From a candidate division WOR-3 bacterium (GTDB lineage: Bacteria; Hydrothermota; Tepidihabitantia; Tepidihabitantales; JAOUPE01): a stretch of DNA of 26,851 nucleotides. The stretch is from positions 6,048 to 32,898 of the forward strand of contig JBDRUX010000013.1 in NCBI GenBank assembly GCA_039801565.1. The letters are read 5' to 3'. The position numbers and the translations under genes are program-made. Of the stretch, positions 25,269-26,851 are shown piece by piece. The notes under the pieces were generated by a model, which saw only the letters and a list, made by a program, of their open reading frames with translations, had not been told where the DNA came from and did not search any database. The first letter of the stretch is position 1; each line of letters opens with the position of its first letter.

Positions 25269-26851
25269 GACACCGCCAAAACTTGTCTTAGAACGCGAAC
25301 CCGATTATCCACCTTGGGCGGTTTCACTAACTAATACCTTAGTTAACCGAACCGGCAGTTGGCGGATTTTTAAACCACGCTATTTAGATAAGACACCACC
25401 TTGCCAAGATGCCTGTCCGGCAAAAGAGAAAATCCAAGGTTATCTGGAACTGGTGAAACAAAAAAGATACTTGGAAGGTTACGAGTTAATAATTCAAGAT
25501 AATCCATTTCCTTCGATTACCGGTCGGGTCTGTTTTCATCCCTGCGAAGCGGCTTGCAATCGGAGTGAATATGATGAGCCTTTGGGAATCCATAATGTTG
25601 AACGGTTCTTGGGTGACTATGGGTTAAAAAAGACAAAACGAGAAAAATCCAATAACCTAAATGGAAAACAAATTGCGATTATCGGGTCAGGTCCAGCCGG
25701 ACTGAGTGGCGCCTACTATCTCGCTAAGATGGGTTATCAGGTTACAATTTTGGAACATTTCGGTCTGCCCGGTGGAATGTTACGGGTTGGAATACCATCT
25801 TATCGGTTGCCTAAAGACATACTTGATAAAGAAATTAAAAAGGTGGAAGCGTTAGGGGTAAAGATTAAAACTAATACAACCTTAGGGAAAGATATTACTT
25901 TGGAAGAATTGCGTCGCAATTTCGATGCAGTCTTTATTGCAACTGGTGCCCATAAGAGTCGGAACTTAGGTGTGCCAAATGAAGAGGTGAAAGGTGTCTA
26001 TTCCGGTTTAGAATTTTTAGCCCAAATCAATATGGGTAAACGACCAAGAATTGGTAAAGAGGTCTTGGTGATTGGCGGGGGCAATACGGCAATTGATGCG
26101 GCAAGATGCGCCTTGAGATTGGGTGCCCAACCCAAAATTCTTTATCGAAGAACCCGAGCCGAAATGCCAGCAGTGGCCGATGAAATCTTAGAAGCGGAAA
26201 AAGAAGGAGTTCTAATCGAGTTCTTAGTAGCACCGGTAAAAGTAATTAAGAGTAAAGGGCGAGTGACCAAATTGGAATGTCAAAGAATGAAGTTGGGCGC
26301 ACCAGATGCATCAGGCAGAAGGAGACCAGTTCCAATCAAAGGCTCTAATTTCCGATTGAGTTGCGATTCAATAATCTCAGCAATTGGTGAAGAGGTGGAT
26401 TTGTCTTATCTAACCGAAGAGATTAAAAGTACTGGCTGGAGTATCGATGCTGACGAATGGGGGAGAACCAGTGTCCCAAATGTCTTTGCCGGTGGTGACT
26501 GCGTGACTGGACCAAAGATGGTTGTAGATGCAATTGGTGCGGGTAAAAGAGTCGCCTTAGCGATTGACAGTTATTTTGCTAATAAAGAGATAAAGCCTGA
26601 ACCGAAACCAGAAATTGTCCAATTTGCCAACTTAAATCTTGCCTATTTTGAACCTGCCCCACGCAATCCACTGCCGAGTTTAAGTATCAAAGAAAGAAAA
26701 AGAAACTTTAAAGAAGTTCATCTTGGTTATAATGAATCTTTAGCTTTCCAAGAAGCCGAGCGGTGTTTCTCCTGCGGTATCTGTAACAAATGTGATAATT
26801 GCTTTGTCTTTTGTCCGGACTTAGCGGTAATGAAATCCGATGGTAAGTATG
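25249..26851 (+). CDS. FAD/NAD(P)-dependent Fe-S oxidoreductase (GltD/NfnB/DsrL-like) with PorD-like terminal segments; 3' end truncated by the window
   Basis: Manual translation from ATG 25249: ...NRTGSWRIFKPRY..KTPPCQDACP...GRVCFHPCE..CNR...IGSGPAG...IGGGNTAID...YRRT...FAGGD...RCFSCGICNKCDNCFVFCPD. The frame is consistent from start to window end. Confidence 0.9.
   Translation, partial: MRWLDIETPPKLVLEREPDYPPWAVSLTNTLVNRTGSWRIFKPRYLDKTPPCQDACPAKEKIQGYLELVKQKRYLEGYELIIQDNPFPSITGRVCFHPCEAACNRSEYDEPLGIHNVERFLGDYGLKKTKREKSNNLNGKQIAIIGSGPAGLSGAYYLAKMGYQVTILEHFGLPGGMLRVGIPSYRLPKDILDKEIKKVEALGVKIKTNTTLGKDITLEELRRNFDAVFIATGAHKSRNLGVPNEEVKGVYSGLEFLAQINMGKRPRIGKEVLVIGGGNTAIDAARCALRLGAQPKILYRRTRAEMPAVADEILEAEKEGVLIEFLVAPVKVIKSKGRVTKLECQRMKLGAPDASGRRRPVPIKGSNFRLSCDSIISAIGEEVDLSYLTEEIKSTGWSIDADEWGRTSVPNVFAGGDCVTGPKMVVDAIGAGKRVALAIDSYFANKEIKPEPKPEIVQFANLNLAYFEPAPRNPLPSLSIKERKRNFKEVHLGYNESLAFQEAERCFSCGICNKCDNCFVFCPDLAVMKSDGKY

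Noticed and set aside
425..26233. Short overlapping or antisense ORFs in the track (for example 425-625, 656-859, 2594-2794, 7804-8181, 14587-14859, 18214-18645, 26027-26233)
   Set aside because: They are shadow frames of well-supported genes or low-complexity intergenic frames with no recognisable motifs.

Overview
Bacterial chromosomal window of roughly 40% GC by eye. The lineage is probably an FCB-related diderm such as candidate phylum WOR-3, which is inference from gene order and a T9SS/FlgD-like C-terminal domain. Most of it is housekeeping. The minus strand starts with mutM, isoaspartyl peptidase, a secreted CTD protein and a partial PMM/PGM. The plus strand then carries ispE, tRNA-Gln, prs, rplY, pth, ychF, rpsF, ssb, mlaE/F/D, tldD and pmbA. 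Further on come dnaN with two paralogous lipoproteins (minus), then an MFS transporter, ugd, a UDP-glucuronate decarboxylase-like gene, a DegT aminotransferase, fabH, a four-helix-bundle gene, porC and a partial PorD/GltD-like flavoprotein. The most unusual part is a ~2.2-kb accessory island (13131-15360) between two convergent operons. It holds three co-oriented arrays of a degenerate, GC-rich, apparently non-coding 12-bp repeat with a pseudo-palindromic core, RRSYNRCYY. The largest array folds back into a periodic hairpin. The arrays separate a doubly inactivated DUF433/DUF5615 toxin-antitoxin pair and an orphan 111-aa gene whose consensus promoter overlaps a repeat unit. Other notable points are inverted heptamer repeats enclosing the four-helix-bundle gene and apparently leaderless transcripts at many operon heads. 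All calls come from reading the sequence; no searches were run.
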